Assembly: GCF_018350175.1 (NCBI RefSeq)
Contig: NC_058368.1
Coordinates: 24,678,001-24,742,000, forward strand
Source: Felis catus
Taxonomy: Eukaryota
Length of the DNA: 64,000 nucleotides
Reading direction: 5' to 3'
The notes beneath the pieces were generated by a model. That model was not told the DNA's origin and made no database searches. It saw only the letters and a program-made list of their open reading frames with translations. The translations under genes were made by a program, and so were the position numbers. Shown one piece after another: positions 11,204 to 25,309 of this stretch. Each line of letters opens with the position of its first letter. Position 1 is the stretch's first letter.

Positions 11204-13421
11204 GGGGGAGGGGCAGAGAGAGAGAGACACAGAATCTGAAGCAGGCTCCAGGCTCTGACCTGTCAGCACAGAGACCGACGTGGGCCTCGAACTCATGGAC
11301 TTTGAGATCATAACCTGAGTCAAAGTCGGAAGCTTAACCGACTGAGCCACCCAGGCCCCCCAATGGCAATCTAAATTTTTAAAAATATATTCGTCATGTT
11401 GTATTTGTGTTAATTTATATTCTTGTTAGAGCCCTAGTTCAAAGAGTCAATGAAGTTTCTTTCTTTCCTAGCAGTCTGAACACTGCTGGCCTGCCTGTGT
11501 GTGTCTGTATGTAGCCATTTATTTATTTCTCACTAGCAAGAACCACCCCTCCACCTTTCCTAAAATATGGGGTTTCTTTGTTGTACTGGAAACACTTTTG
11601 AAAAGCTGAAGATGATGACCGTCTTCTAACATATTATTCATCGCTTAAGAACAGCAGATTTTGGACGGTCTTAAAATGGGGTCATTTTGAAAGAAGAACC
11701 AGATTTGAGCAAAATGACACGTTCTACCGGAATTGGTTCCGCAATTTAAAGTTATCCTGGGGTTTGTCTTTCTCCCATAAAGAAAACAGGTACCCTGGCC
11801 CCTTCGTCCACAGACAATAGCCCCCAGCAATTTCTCTAAATACCTTTAGAAACCATCTTCACCTTGGTAGGGGGATTCATCCCATGGGATTTAAAAAAAA
11901 AAAAAGGAAGTCCTGAGTGATCTGGTCTTTCTTTGCTGTGGGACAGCATTGCAGAGAACAGGCATTTGCTACTAAGACACAAGAGTTTTCCTATGACTGC
12001 TGCGTCACGAATGATAGCAGCACGCTTTTCCTTTTCTAGATAATGTGGTAGAGAAAGGCCCTCCCCCACCCCAGCCTATAAGAATTTCTTGAGGCTGGAA
12101 GAAACAATCCCACAGTTCCTTTTTTCCCTGCGGAGGATTTGCACATTTATAGAGCACATTCACATGCCTTATCTGCTTTAATCTCCTAAGAGGTAATTAT
12201 CCAGTTTAAGGCATGAGGACATTTCAAGGCAGAGGCACAGCCAGCTGGTAGAGACAGAACTGGAACTGGAATCCGCACTGTTTGATTCTTCTCTGTCCTT
12301 TTTCTTCTATACTCGGGGTCCTAACACTATGACCCGCAGGCCAGATCCAGCTGGCCTCCTGGTTTTACAAATAAAGTTTTGTTGATGTTGCTGATGGCTG
12401 CTTCCTCACTCCAGTAGCAGAACGACATAGTGCAACAGGTGGCCCTCAGATCCTGCAATATTCACTCCCTGGTCCTTTGCAGACTATGCTCACCCACCCC
12501 AGATGGATCCTGAAGCTAAGACATTCAGCGTCCTTCATGGACCAGTCCCTTTCTTGGAGAAGAGACAGGGGATTGGGTGATTGCGGGCATCTCTGTCTGC
12601 CCCCCCGAGAGCTGTCTGATCATCAAGACGTCTATAACATTTTGTTCTAATTTAGCAGGTTGGGATAACCAAGCTCTTGAGGCTCTCACAGAAAGACTTT
12701 GCCTTAAATGCTCCAGGAAGAAATCACATGACAGGAATCATTTTGTTCTGATGGTGTTCCTGCCGGTAATGGAGTGGCTTCAGGGTGCAGAATGGATGAA
12801 TCAGCGGAACATACCCTCTGTGGTTTCTTCTTGTTATTGGTCTGGAGGAAGACCATTTTAGAGAAGCAATGCTGGCCTTTCCAAACAGATTATCTCTCTA
12901 AACAAGAAGTTTGGGGTCAGTTGCAGTGCATGGGAGAAGTGATCCTATAATTCTTAGGACCCTGCTTCTAGACTGTTCCTTCTGGCCCTTCTTCATCTCT
13001 TTTAGGTAGTTTCCATGATCCCCTCCTCTTTCTACCCTCTCCTCCTTACTGGTCTCCTCCATTCCAGTGGTTCTCCCATCCCTCCTCTGAGGATCCCTCC
13101 CAGTTTGCTCCAATGGGCTCCTGTAGAAACGATCACCATAAAGGCAATATCTGCAAAGCCTACCACGGGGAGGATCTGTCTTCTTCTGACACCCTAATGT
13201 ATTCTAGAATTCCGTTAATGTTTAAAAAAAACAGGTTTTAAAGGCCACTGCCTAGAATTGCTTTGTTTTCCTTTAGCGTCTTTTTCTCCATTTTTAATAA
13301 CTTGCTGCCTTGGCAGGTGCTGTTCCAGTCGGTAGAAGAACCACTTCTTTGAATTCCTTCTCCCCAGAAGCATTCTTGCTCCCTGTCGATGTAGAAAAGG
13401 TGAACACATTTTTTTTTCTTT

Positions 13422-13473
<52 letters not shown>

Positions 13474-16400
13474 GTAAATCCCTTAGATAGTGTTGTTCTG
13501 ATTTAAATCTGGAAACTTCACTTGATGAAGGATGGCAAATAGGTTTCGTTTCAGCCTTTGGCTAGCACAGGCCACCAGGAGCTAAGGGGGGCTCTGAGGC
13601 AGCCCCTGTGCCCAGCTGGGAAGTTTTCCATGATTGATGCATGGGTCTACCATTGGGCCATGCACCGTGTGGGGTGTATATCACAGTAAATTCAACTTAG
13701 CTTGATTTGGGTCTCAGTGGGCTAAATTTGATGTGTCTGGAAGATATGGGCTGTACCTCATGTGATAACTCAGTTAAATGAACATCTTAATTTTTTTTAA
13801 TGTTTATTCATTTTTAAGAGAGAGAGAGAGACAGGGTGTGAGCTGGGGAGGGGCAAAGAGAGAGACACAGACTCCGAAGCAGGCTCCAGGCTCTGAGCTG
13901 TCAGCACAGAGCCCGACACGGGGCCTGAACTGAAGGACCGTGAGATCATGACCTGAGCCGAAGTCGGACGCTCAACCGATTGAGCCACCCAGGTGCCCCT
14001 TAAATGAACATTTATATTCCTATACGTTAACTCTGCTTAAATACGGCGTCTTGATTTTCAATTTAATACACCCTCAATAAAGAACAGTTGGTTATGCTTG
14101 CAATTTAACTGATAGTTATTTTTCTGCAGGAAAATGCCCACTTTTACGTAGCGGATATGATGATAGCAGCCATGGAGGAAATAAAGTGTACCATCCTCGG
14201 TCAACAGCACACACAGAACTGGAGCGTAGAAGAAGCCAGTGCGTCGCTCGGGAATGATCAGGCGGACCCCGAAATGGCCTTTTACACGAGCATAAAGCAG
14301 GAATCTGGGTCTTCCGATTCTTCTGACAGTGGCTACGAAGGCAAGTGGGGCAAATCAGAGAGACTCTGCGCTGTGTTCTTGACGTACATCTCTTTTCCTG
14401 TCACACCCCGAAGTATGTCTTCAAGTCTTTTGTCTAAAACGTCCTCGGGGTGCCTGGGTGGCGCAGTCGGTTAAGCGCCCGACTTCAGCTCAGGTCACGA
14501 TCTCGCGGTCCGGGAGTTCGAGCCCCGCGTCGGGCTCTGGGCTGATGGCTCGGAGCCTGGAGCCTGTTTCCGATTCTGCGTCTCCCTCTCTCTCTGCCCC
14601 TCCCCCGTTCATGCTCTGTCTCTCTCTGTCCCAAAAATAAATAGACGTTGAAAAAAAAAATTAAAAAAAAAATAAAATAAAACGTCCTGAATAACCATCA
14701 TCCTCACCACCTCTGCCGTTTGGGCTCGGCATCCATTATCCTGCTCCCCTCTGTCGTTACATCGATGCGTTGCTCTGATTTGGACTCCATCCTACTTTGT
14801 GTTTGGCAGTGGCTGCTGGCTTCCCTCTTTCCCTGGTTTCTGCCACGTGGCCTTCCGCCAGCTCTTCTCACCCATTGCTTCTTTTTTCCAAGTAGACCTC
14901 TTTTCATTCATTCCACAAACCAGGACTCTGAGGTCCTGGATGCCGGGAATCAACAGGCAACAAGATACATTATTACTTCCCTCAAGGAACATCCCTGCGG
15001 GAGCTGGATAGGCACCGAGGACTGTTGTGTGGGGTCAGCCTGGTAGTGGAGGCAGGGGCCCCATGCAGCGGGCCCCAGAGCAGGAGGAGCGGGCCTTGCT
15101 GTGGCAACCAGGGAATCCTTCCTGGAGAGGAGGGTACCTCAGCTGAGAACTGAAGTTAGGGCGTGTCATTTTCCTACCACTTCCTAAATGGGAGTCCTGC
15201 TTCAGTCCTAGATTCTTTCTCTATATTCACGTCCTGGGAGATGTCGTCTACTGCGGTATCTTTCCATGATTCTCCCCTGATATCTCCCAAATCTGGGTTT
15301 CCCCTCCCGTCCCTCTCGGACAAGGTTTGTTCCAATCTGCGGGGACCTGTTTAGCTGGTTGGCAGGTAACTAAACTAACTTAACGTGTCTACACTAGTTA
15401 CCTACTCCTCACAACCCCCTTCCTTTCAAAAAAAAAAAAAAAGATGCCTTTCGTCTTGATTTCCTTGACTTGAGCGTCTTAATCGGGAGCCTTACAGTAA
15501 TGAGGGGAGAACTCACTCCAGGCAATACCGTGTAGCACAATGCCTGGCACAAAACCTATGTACCATCAACGGCTGTTGAATGCACTACCTGGCTTAAATT
15601 GAGGATACAGAGCATCCTCAGTGAACCCAGTGGTGGGAACCACAGAATGACCAGTGCGGAGGATCTGGCCTTTCTGGGGCCCCGTGGTCTCTTATCACGT
15701 TGTGCAATTACTTTGTTCTCCTTTCCTGCAGCGTGACTTCTCCTCCTCGTGCAGTATCTGGTTTCTGCTCTGCAGCTCTGTGGTCTTCCTGACTGCCGGC
15801 CGGGACCTCACAGCTCAACCCGGTCTCGCAAGGACCCCAGGTCCACGTTCGCAGGGAAGGGCGCGTGCGGGGGCGGGCTCTGATCGGGCGCCCCCCACTG
15901 GTCAGCCGGCCGTGGCCAGGGGAGCGAGGGAATGTGATTTGGACCATCATCCCCACTGAGGCCACTCCTGGGGAGAAAAGAAGCGATTCCTGTGTCAGTA
16001 ACTCTCGTACTTTATCTTTGACTCTTTCTTCTTCTTTGTGCCTGTGTCCCTGCCCTGCTTCTAGTGAACAGATCGGCCCTGACTTTTCGGTAATCGTGAC
16101 ATCCCCTCCAGTCGTTCCCTATTCCTGCCTTTGACCTGGACCACCTCAGCCACTGCTGGCCAGTCATTCGATGAGAAGTGCCGTTAGGTGCTCAGGGCAC
16201 ATTTGCTGCCTTTGATGGTCTCTTTACTCACAGCCTCTTTCCTTTCCTCGAATCCTGCCCACATCTGGCTTCCTAGGATGACTTGTGCTCCTCTAAGATG
16301 GCCTGCTGACTTTGTGTCACATTTTATCCTGGACTTTTTAGCCTCGTGGGATGCAGCTTCTCCGTGCCTTTCCAGCAGGCATCTCCCGCCACTTCCCACG

Positions 16401-17935
16401 GGCTTCAGGAATCCGGCCCTGTCAAAGTTGACAGTGGACATGTCTCCCAAGCTCTTGCCTTCCTCCCTTAGCTTGGTCTAGGCCCCCCTGGAATGCTGGT
16501 TCCCCAGGAACTTCCCGTTAGTCCTTTCATCCCTCCCCTCCTTTGAAAGCAGTCTCCTGCCACCAGCACTGTGACAGGCTCCCAGATTTGCATCACGGGG
16601 CAGGGGCACCATTCATACAGAGTTAAGCATAAATTGTGCTCCAGAACTTTCTATAATTGTCCATGTGCGTGCCTCAGTCCCTCCCGGAGTTGCACGGTGT
16701 GGAGCCCCGCCTTCTTGTGTTTTCTTAGAGTTATGTGTGTCCGTGTCTCAGCTCCTTATGAGGTTTTAATCTCATTGTTGGGTATTTGTCTTATTTGAAT
16801 TTGCCTTCAGCTTGGTGCCTTCCTCAAAATCGGTGTTTTATAAATATTTGTTGAATGGTTGAGTGGAAGCTCGTGTCTAGCTCAGTTTTTTTTAATGTGA
16901 AGGTAAATATGTGACGTGAAACCGTAAAACATTTCTACCACCCCGATAAAAATACGCATCCTTTATTAAGTGTCTCTCCTGTGACACTTATGGTGAGAGA
17001 TGCCACTCCGTCGAGGTAGGTCCGTATTCTTCAAGTTAACGGGTGGGTCTTGAGAGCATTGAAACACAAACCAAAGAATAGAAAGTATCCGCGTTCCCCT
17101 CACCTAGAGTGAGCAATGCTTTCTGGAACTTTTATTATTATTATTTTGTATCAGTGGTATAGATTTCTGTGTTTGTACTAAGTGTGAATGTATGTTACTG
17201 TGGATCATGGTCAAAAGGGTGCCAGGAAGCACGGAGAGCTAGGGGAAGCTGTCCCTATTTTACCCAGAAGGAAGCCAAAGCCAAGAAGCTGGTTATCCAT
17301 AGTCACATAGCTAGGATCGGACAGAGTGGTTTTAAACCCTGGCCAGTTCACCGCGAAGCCCACGCACATAACCTCTGCGTAACCTGAGGGCTAGAATTTT
17401 TCCCTAAGCGATAGAAACCCAAACACTGCTCTGTGTTTTTCTCTCACATTTATTCAAGTGAATACAGTTTTGTAGTAATTATATACTCCTATTAATGTAA
17501 TTGAATTCAGAATATGATTGCATTAACACTATTTCATATACAGCTTTCCATGTTGTTACAGGTTTCACATTTTTCCAGGATGCTATTTCTTGAGTCAATA
17601 ACGTAATTTGTGAAATCAGTGCACTAATATTTGTCATTTAGGTAGCCTTCAATATTTTAATATCTTAAATGGACTGCAAATAGCTCCTTTATGATCGAAG
17701 TCTGCCATTTTTCACTTAAAAAATTTTTTTAATGTTTATTTTTGAGAGAGAGAGGGAAAGATAGAGCTCGAGCCGGGGAGGGGCAGAGAGAGAGAGGGAG
17801 ACACAGAATCCGAAGCAGGCTCCAGGCTCCCAACTTGTCAGCACAGAGCCCGACGCGGGGCTCGCACTCACAAACCATGAGATCATGACCTGAGCCAAAG
17901 TCGGATGCTTAACCGACTGGGCCACCCAGGTGCCC

Positions 17936-17976
<41 letters not shown>

Positions 17977-20900
17977 TTTCAGTGACACTCTAAGGATAAT
18001 ACCCCACACTAGCATTTGGGAAAGAAAAGCATGGACATATTTGTAGTAGTTTCCTATAGTTGCTTTAACAAGATACACAAAAAGCGCGGGGAGCTTAAAA
18101 CAACGGAAGATGTATCATCTCACGGTTTTGGAGGCCAGAAGTCAGCAATGAAGTTGTTGAAAGGCTTGGTTCCTCGTGGAGGCTCTGAGGGAGAGCCCGT
18201 TCCTTGCCTCTTCCAGCCTCCGGTGGTTACTGGTGCTCCTCGCCTGTCCTTGGTTTATGTATGAGACACATCACTCCAGTCTCCACCTCCACTGGGCCTT
18301 CTCCTGGTTTAGCAATGTCTGGATGCAAATTTCTCTCATTATGTTAATACCAGTCACATTGATTTAGAGCTCACCCTAATCCGGTAGGACCTCCCCTTAA
18401 CTTGATCACGTCCGCAAAGACCCTGATTCCAAATAAGGTCACATTCACTGGGTGGGTATGTATTTTGGGGGGACACTCTTCTACCCAGCACAACATTTAT
18501 GTCGCTTATGCTCTTTGCGTCACCCTGAAGCTGATTTTTGCCCTCTTTCATTTTTTTTTAAAAATTGTGTATTATGGAAAATTTCAAACACACATAAAAG
18601 TAGGCAGCTTACTCTTAGGGTCCCACCCTCATCATATATACTCATCAGTCTGCTTTCCTGAGTCACAGTGAATGCAAGAACAACACAAAAATAGCTCTCT
18701 GCATTTTTTAATTCTTTTTTTTAACGTTTATTCATTTTTGAGAGAGAGAGAGAGCACAAGCAGGGGAGGAGCAGAGGCAGAGAGGGAGACACAGAATCCA
18801 AAGCAGGCTCCAGGCTCCGAGCTGTCAGCACAGAGCCCGATGCGGGGCTCGAACTCATGAACCGCAAGGTCATGACCTGAGGTGAAGTCAGATGCTTCAC
18901 CAGCTGAGCCACCCAGGCGCCCCTGCATTTTTTAATTCTTAAAGCTGGATTTTTAAACTCTTCTAAAGTAAACTCTCGGCCCATTTTGTTCCCCAGTTTC
19001 TAGTTCATTGGATGTGACAGGTTGTGCAGTTTTTCCTTTTCTCCTTGTTGGTGAAACTCCCTTCATTTCTTTTTCTAGGCTGTGCTGTGTTACAGGGCAG
19101 CCCCGTGGCTGGGACCCCCACTTACTGTGATGCGCTCAAAGAAGCCTGTAAATGTGACTTCGATGACTTTGTCGTCGTAGGTAAGATTTGGAGACTCACC
19201 AGCTAAGACTCGGTACTTCCCCTCCCCTGCACACACATATTGACATGCATCACAGGTGACATTGCATGGTAGTGGCTTTCAGAGAGACTTCTCTCAAGAT
19301 CAGACTGTGTCCCTGATTTAAAAAAATAATAAGATGTCCTTCTTATTTCGGATGTCTTGATAACCAGTCTGTCATCTGACTTGTAGAATTGAACACAAAA
19401 GCAGATACTCATTATGGTCTGGTATCTGGCCCCTCCATCATATTCTCGTGGAGTCCCAGGTGAGTATATTTTGGAATCCCATCTCTGGTCCTTAGCTGTA
19501 GTCTCATGATAGAAACCCAGAGAGCCTGAAGTATTAAGATGCTGAATACCGAGTTCTTTCTGAGATGCAGGCATTTATTTTTGTGTTCTTATAAAATTGG
19601 GTATGAACGAGCCAAACAGACCGAAAGACTTTAATACCCTTTCTTTTATTTGCTTGCAGAAGTTGGTGAGTTTAACAATATCACAGAAACCTGTGGATGC
19701 CCCTGCAACTCCTCTAAGAGGTATCTGTCTTCTGTGTCCCCCTGCGTCTAGACCCCTGGGCCATTACCTCTGAGGCACTATGAACACCAAGCCTCTGACA
19801 TCTTGGACCAAGTTCAGCCAGTTCCAATGATAGGGATTAGTAATTAGCAATGAAACAATCACCGCTAAAGTTTTTATAGAGCTTTCTACAGTTTTTATTT
19901 AATAGCGTTGAAAAGACTTTGGTATACAGTCTCATTGAATCAGGCTGGGCAGAGTTTTTAACCCCATTTTATAGATGGGAAACTGAAGCTCAGACCCAGT
20001 GTGCCTCAGGACATAATGCTGTTAAAGAGCGGAGGTAGGACTTGAACTCAGGTCTTCGGACTCCAAATCCAGAGCTCTTTAACCACGTTTCCTCGTCTTG
20101 GTACCCTCAATAAATAAAAGCTGCTCTGTTGAGCATGGAGGAGCTGCATTGAATAAGACATCCAACGGGTATGGATGCCTGGTCTCCTGCGTGACACATC
20201 TTCTGAGTTTTTGGAGTGGGAAGGATAGTTGAAAACACAAAGACGCTTAACATACTGCTCATGAGTATAGTTTTCCCCTTTTTGCATCTTGTACCTTTCA
20301 GTGTCACTTATGAGCCAAACTTCAATTCTGCTGAGCGAATAGCCAAAGAGTTGTACCGAGTATTCCAGAAGTGCTGGGTGTTGTCAGAAGTTAATCATCA
20401 GCTGGCAGGTTCTCCAAATGCAGCTGGCTCGATCGTAAGTACCAAAATTAGTTGGCCTTGAATTGGAAGTTCCTTAATTCTCATTTTGGCTGCCGTTCAC
20501 TTCAGACATTTATGCGTTTCCTTGTATGGTGGCCGGGTGTTGCCGGGACACTTGAAACAAAGGATGAATCTGACATTTATTGAGTGTTTATTATGCACCA
20601 GGGGATTCAGCATTTCACATTTTTCATCCTTCTAAGTATCCTATTAGGTAGATGCTGCTATTATGTTTATTTTATTTTATTTTATTTTATTTTATTTTAT
20701 TTTATTTTATTTTATTTTATTTTATGTTAATTTTTTTTAATGTTCTATTTATTTTTGAGACAGAGAGAGACAGAGCATAAGCAGGGAAGGGGCAGAGAGT
20801 GAGGGAGACACAGAATCTGAAGCAGGCTCCCGGCTCTGAGCTGTCAGCACAGAGCCTGACATGGGGCTCGAACCCACGGACCGCGAGATCATGACCTGAG

Positions 20901-22650
20901 CTGAAGTCGGACGCTCAACCGACTGAGCCACCCAGGCGCCCCTGTTATGTTTATTTTAAAGTGTTCGTTCCAGCCGCTCAACAGGGCTGGTCATTGGAAG
21001 AGCAGGAGTCATGCCAGCCTGGTCCTCTGTGGAACACATTGCCCTCTGACAACATGCGGCCCACCGGGAAGAGAACTCTGGCAAAGCTAAAATAGGGGGA
21101 GGAAAAAAAGCACTCTGGGCACGCAGAGGAAGAGGCAGTGTTTACTTGTATCAGGGGGCTTGGGAAGGCCAGTTGGAGAGCTCAGAACTTGAGAAAGGTG
21201 GCAGGTAGAAACGCATGGAAGGGCATTCTTGGTATAGCGCAGCTGGAGCAAAGGTGACGGGAGTTCATGGTGTGTTAGTTGAGCAGGGTGGCTTGGTGTG
21301 TTTGGATAGCTTGTGTTTGTATGTATCTGTGTGTATGCTGGGACGGGGATGTCGATCTTCCTGGAAAATTAGTTTTGAAGGATGCGATCAAATTTGAGGG
21401 GAACATAGAATGCTAAGTTAACCAGTTTGCATTTTATTTCTTATTTTTTAAATAATTTTTAAAAAATTTATCGATTTATTTTGAGAGAGAGTGTGTGCAT
21501 GTGTGCGTGCAAGCCAGGGAGGGACAGACAGAGAGGGAGACACAGAATCCAAAGCAGGCTCCAGGCTCTGAGCTGGAGAGCCTGGAGAGTCCAGTGCGGG
21601 GCTCGAACTCACGAACTGTGAGATCATGATCTGAGCCGAAGTCTGACGCTTAACCGACTGATACACCCAGGCGCCCCAACAAGTTTGAATTTTAAATGCT
21701 AGTAAGAAACTTGAGTGGTTCAGAGGGGAGCCACTGGACATTTTTAAGCAGGGAAATGGTCTTAAAAGAGCTGTTTCTGGGGAAGTCTGACAACAGCTGG
21801 GGGTTCTGGTTGGAATTGGTCTCAGCCTCTTGACTAAGAGGGGTAAGGCTTCTGCTGTGCATTAAAGCATTCCAGGTCGCAATGACCTACTTCCAGTAAT
21901 TTGAAGTCTGGAAACAGATGAACTACTGAAAACACGAGGAAAAGTGATCTCAGCTGGGTGGTGTTTCAAGCATGTCTGCAGATGGCTTTAGATACAGGGA
22001 GGGCTCCTTTAGTTCAGTTGAAAGCAGTTTCAATTTTTCGTGGCAAATTTTAATGCCGGAAACACACGCGAACGTTCTATTTCAGTTCCCGGAATGTGCT
22101 TGTTCAAGTTGCTCTGAAAGTCTCTTCTGTGTTGTGCAGGTTGTGAATGAAGAGCATGTCCGAAAAGACTTTGAATCCAGCGTGGATGTAGTTCAGGAAA
22201 TTAAATTTAAGTCGAGGATCAGAGGGGCTGAAGACTGGACGCCCCCTAGATTTCAAATCATATTCAGTGTTCACCCACCACTCAAGTAAGTCCAGGTTGC
22301 TGCTTGGGCCTCCAATCCGGGTAGCACAAGCCAAGATGGCTCCCACTCGTGGAGCCATGGCTTCCTCTTCGTGAAAGTCGAGGAAGGGGAAAAAATAACA
22401 CACCAGGGGACAAAGGAAGTTTTGTTTTAGGAATAGGAAAGGTTGGGCATATTTTTCTGAATTAGTTTTTTAGCACCCTGTTTATCATGGGTTTTGGGGG
22501 GCTTGGGGGTAAGTTTGACAAGTTGAGAGTTTAACTATGTCCTTAGTTATGTACATTATATAGCAATTAAAAATCAAGTAGGTTTAAAGGGGATATTCTT
22601 TAAGTAGCTAATATTGAACCTTAAAAATCATGTACAACAAATTCATTCAT

Positions 22651-22685
<35 letters not shown>

Positions 22686-25272
22686 TGTATTTATAAAGTT
22701 TATTTATTTTATTTTAAGCGAGAGAGAGAGAGAGTGTGAGCAGGAGAGGGACAGAGAGAGAGGTGGGGAGAGAGAATCCCAAGCAGGCTCCACGCTGTCA
22801 GCATGGAGCTCAATGCAGGGCTGGAACCCACAGACCCGTGGGATCGTGACCTGAGCTGAAGCCAAGAGTCAGATGCTTAACCAACTGAGGCGCCCAGGCA
22901 CCCCGACAGGGGGACATTTTTTAACCAGTTACACTCTTTCCATTCCTCTTGGCTTGTATTTAATGTGGCACCCAAACTACAGTGTAAAGAAGGGATGGTG
23001 AAGGTGATTGCCCGTGTCCCATGGAAGTGCCTTCTAGGCTCTGTGTTACGTTTTCTTTTAAGAGAATGCCAGGAAGGTCTCTGGGGCGGCTTGGGCAGAA
23101 GAGCCCCTTCTCCAGGACTTGCAAGGAGTCACTTTCCTTAACAAGGGGTGACTCTTCTCTAGCATTTCCCTATGTCCTCTGTAAGGGACATGGGTAGGGT
23201 TCCGTACATTTTTACCTCGATCTTTTCTGCTGACCCCAAACTGTGATAAAATTTTATAACTTTCTTCGTATTTCCAAATCACACGTGAAGTTGTGAAATC
23301 AATAGTTGAATAGAAAACCCTCCAGTAGACTGTCTCTCACCAGAAACGTCCGATACTTCTGTCTTCTATTACCTCTTACTCATCTGAATTTCTTTGGCTC
23401 CATTTGTCAACTTCCCAAGTGCATTACTTCTTGGTGTTTCGTCTTCCTGAACTTTCTCCAATGCATTATGTGTCTTAAGTTCTGTCTGATAAGGAACCTG
23501 TGCCCTCACAGCAAGAAGTCTCTAAAGATCCCATTGCGGAAGAGTTATTCATGAGACTGACTTCTGCTTTGGTGGTAGCTGGGGCTTTTAGAAGACCCAC
23601 CAATCTCAACTCTAGAATAAAAAACTCTATCAAATAATCCTATTTTTTCTCCAGATGAAAAGTGACAAAATTAAGGCTCCAAGCCAAGACAAGTACCATG
23701 ATGTCAATTTCTTTTCTAATCAGTTGAGAAATGCTCCGTCGGCCATTTCTGAAATGTAACCGTCATCATTTTCTGTACTCAGGAGGGATCTCGTGGTAGC
23801 AGCCCAGAATTTTTTATGTGCTGGCTGTGGAACTCCAATAGAACCTAGTAAGTATGGACAATGCATTACCTGCTTAGTGTTCGGTCACGGGGCAAAGGGG
23901 AGCAAAGTTGGAGAGCGCATTGTTTTTATGAGAGATGCCTTTGATGAGGAGTTGTTCTAGGAACTTCACAATTCTTATCTAACTCAAGAGAGTTGCTCTC
24001 TCTTCCGCAAAGAAGCCATCGTAACTTACAAGGCTATAAATGGGCCTTATAAGGCTATTATTGGTGGGCCTGTTACCTCTCGGCCTCATCCCCTAGGGCA
24101 CTCAGCTCCAGCCACATGGCCTCCTGGCTTTTCCTTAAAGGAGGCAGGCTCACTGCTGACTTAGGGATTTTCATTTGTGGTTTTCTCCCCTTAGAATGAC
24201 ATCCCCATGGCTGGTTCCCTTACTTCCCTCACATCTGCATTCAAAAATTAATGAGGTTTTCTCTGGCTGCCCTTTGGAAACTGTCTGCCTTGCCACACTC
24301 CTGGCCACCAACATCCATGTGTACTCTACATTACCCTTCCTTTCGATTTTTATTCCAGTACTTATCTTGCTAAGATATTCTTTTAGATTTTACTGGTTTT
24401 TCTTACCATTGTCTGTGTCCCTGTCTAGATTCTAAGTTCCCTGAGGACAGACGTGTTGTCTGTTTCAATCACTGCTTTATCCCCTGCTCCTACAAGAGCA
24501 CCTGGTGCGTGGTTGTTCCTTAAAAGAAACTTGTTGAATGATTGAACGGCCTATCAAGGAGCTAGCCAAACTCCTCTGAGAGGGTTTGAGGAGGTGGCCT
24601 GAGGGGATCATTCCTGGGTGAGCCAAAGCCTAGAAGATCAGGCTTCTTCCAGGCAGAAATGCAAATTGCCCACTCCAGACTAGGAATCTCTAGTTCTCCT
24701 TCTGAGGGTAGCCATAGGCCTGACCTGTGGAAGGCAGGGAAGAGAAGCTTTGCTGGAAAGAGTCCCTTGGCCTTGGATGGAAAGTGTTGGAAAGAAAAAG
24801 ACTTCGGGGACCTCCCCCTCAAGAAATAAAAATAGAAAACAGAAATCTGTCTGGGATTCTGGGCCCGCTATTCTTCACAGTTATAACTAGTTTTCTTTAA
24901 GTGACTCAGCCTCCCGGCTAGTTTAGTAGGGACCACGTCTATTTGGTTAGCCACTATATCCTGGTGCCTCAGTATCTGCATGATTGAGAGCATAAGTCAG
25001 AAACTATGAACATGTGACTGTGATTCCACCAACTTTTTAAGTATTTTCTAAGCTTGTTCAGCTGTGGAGATGCGTGCCTGCCCTGGTGACATGATCGTGG
25101 TCCTTCACCCATGGAGCCTGCTTACAGGAAGGCGTAGACATCAGCAACGTTTGCAACAAAATAGAAAGTCAAGAGGGTTGTGGGATTTACAGCACAGGAA
25201 CTGAATCTGGGCTCGTGGGGCTGGGAGTGAGAAGTTCTGCAGGGAAGTGATGGGCCCCAGAAGCGCGCGCGC

Positions 25273-25309
<37 letters not shown>

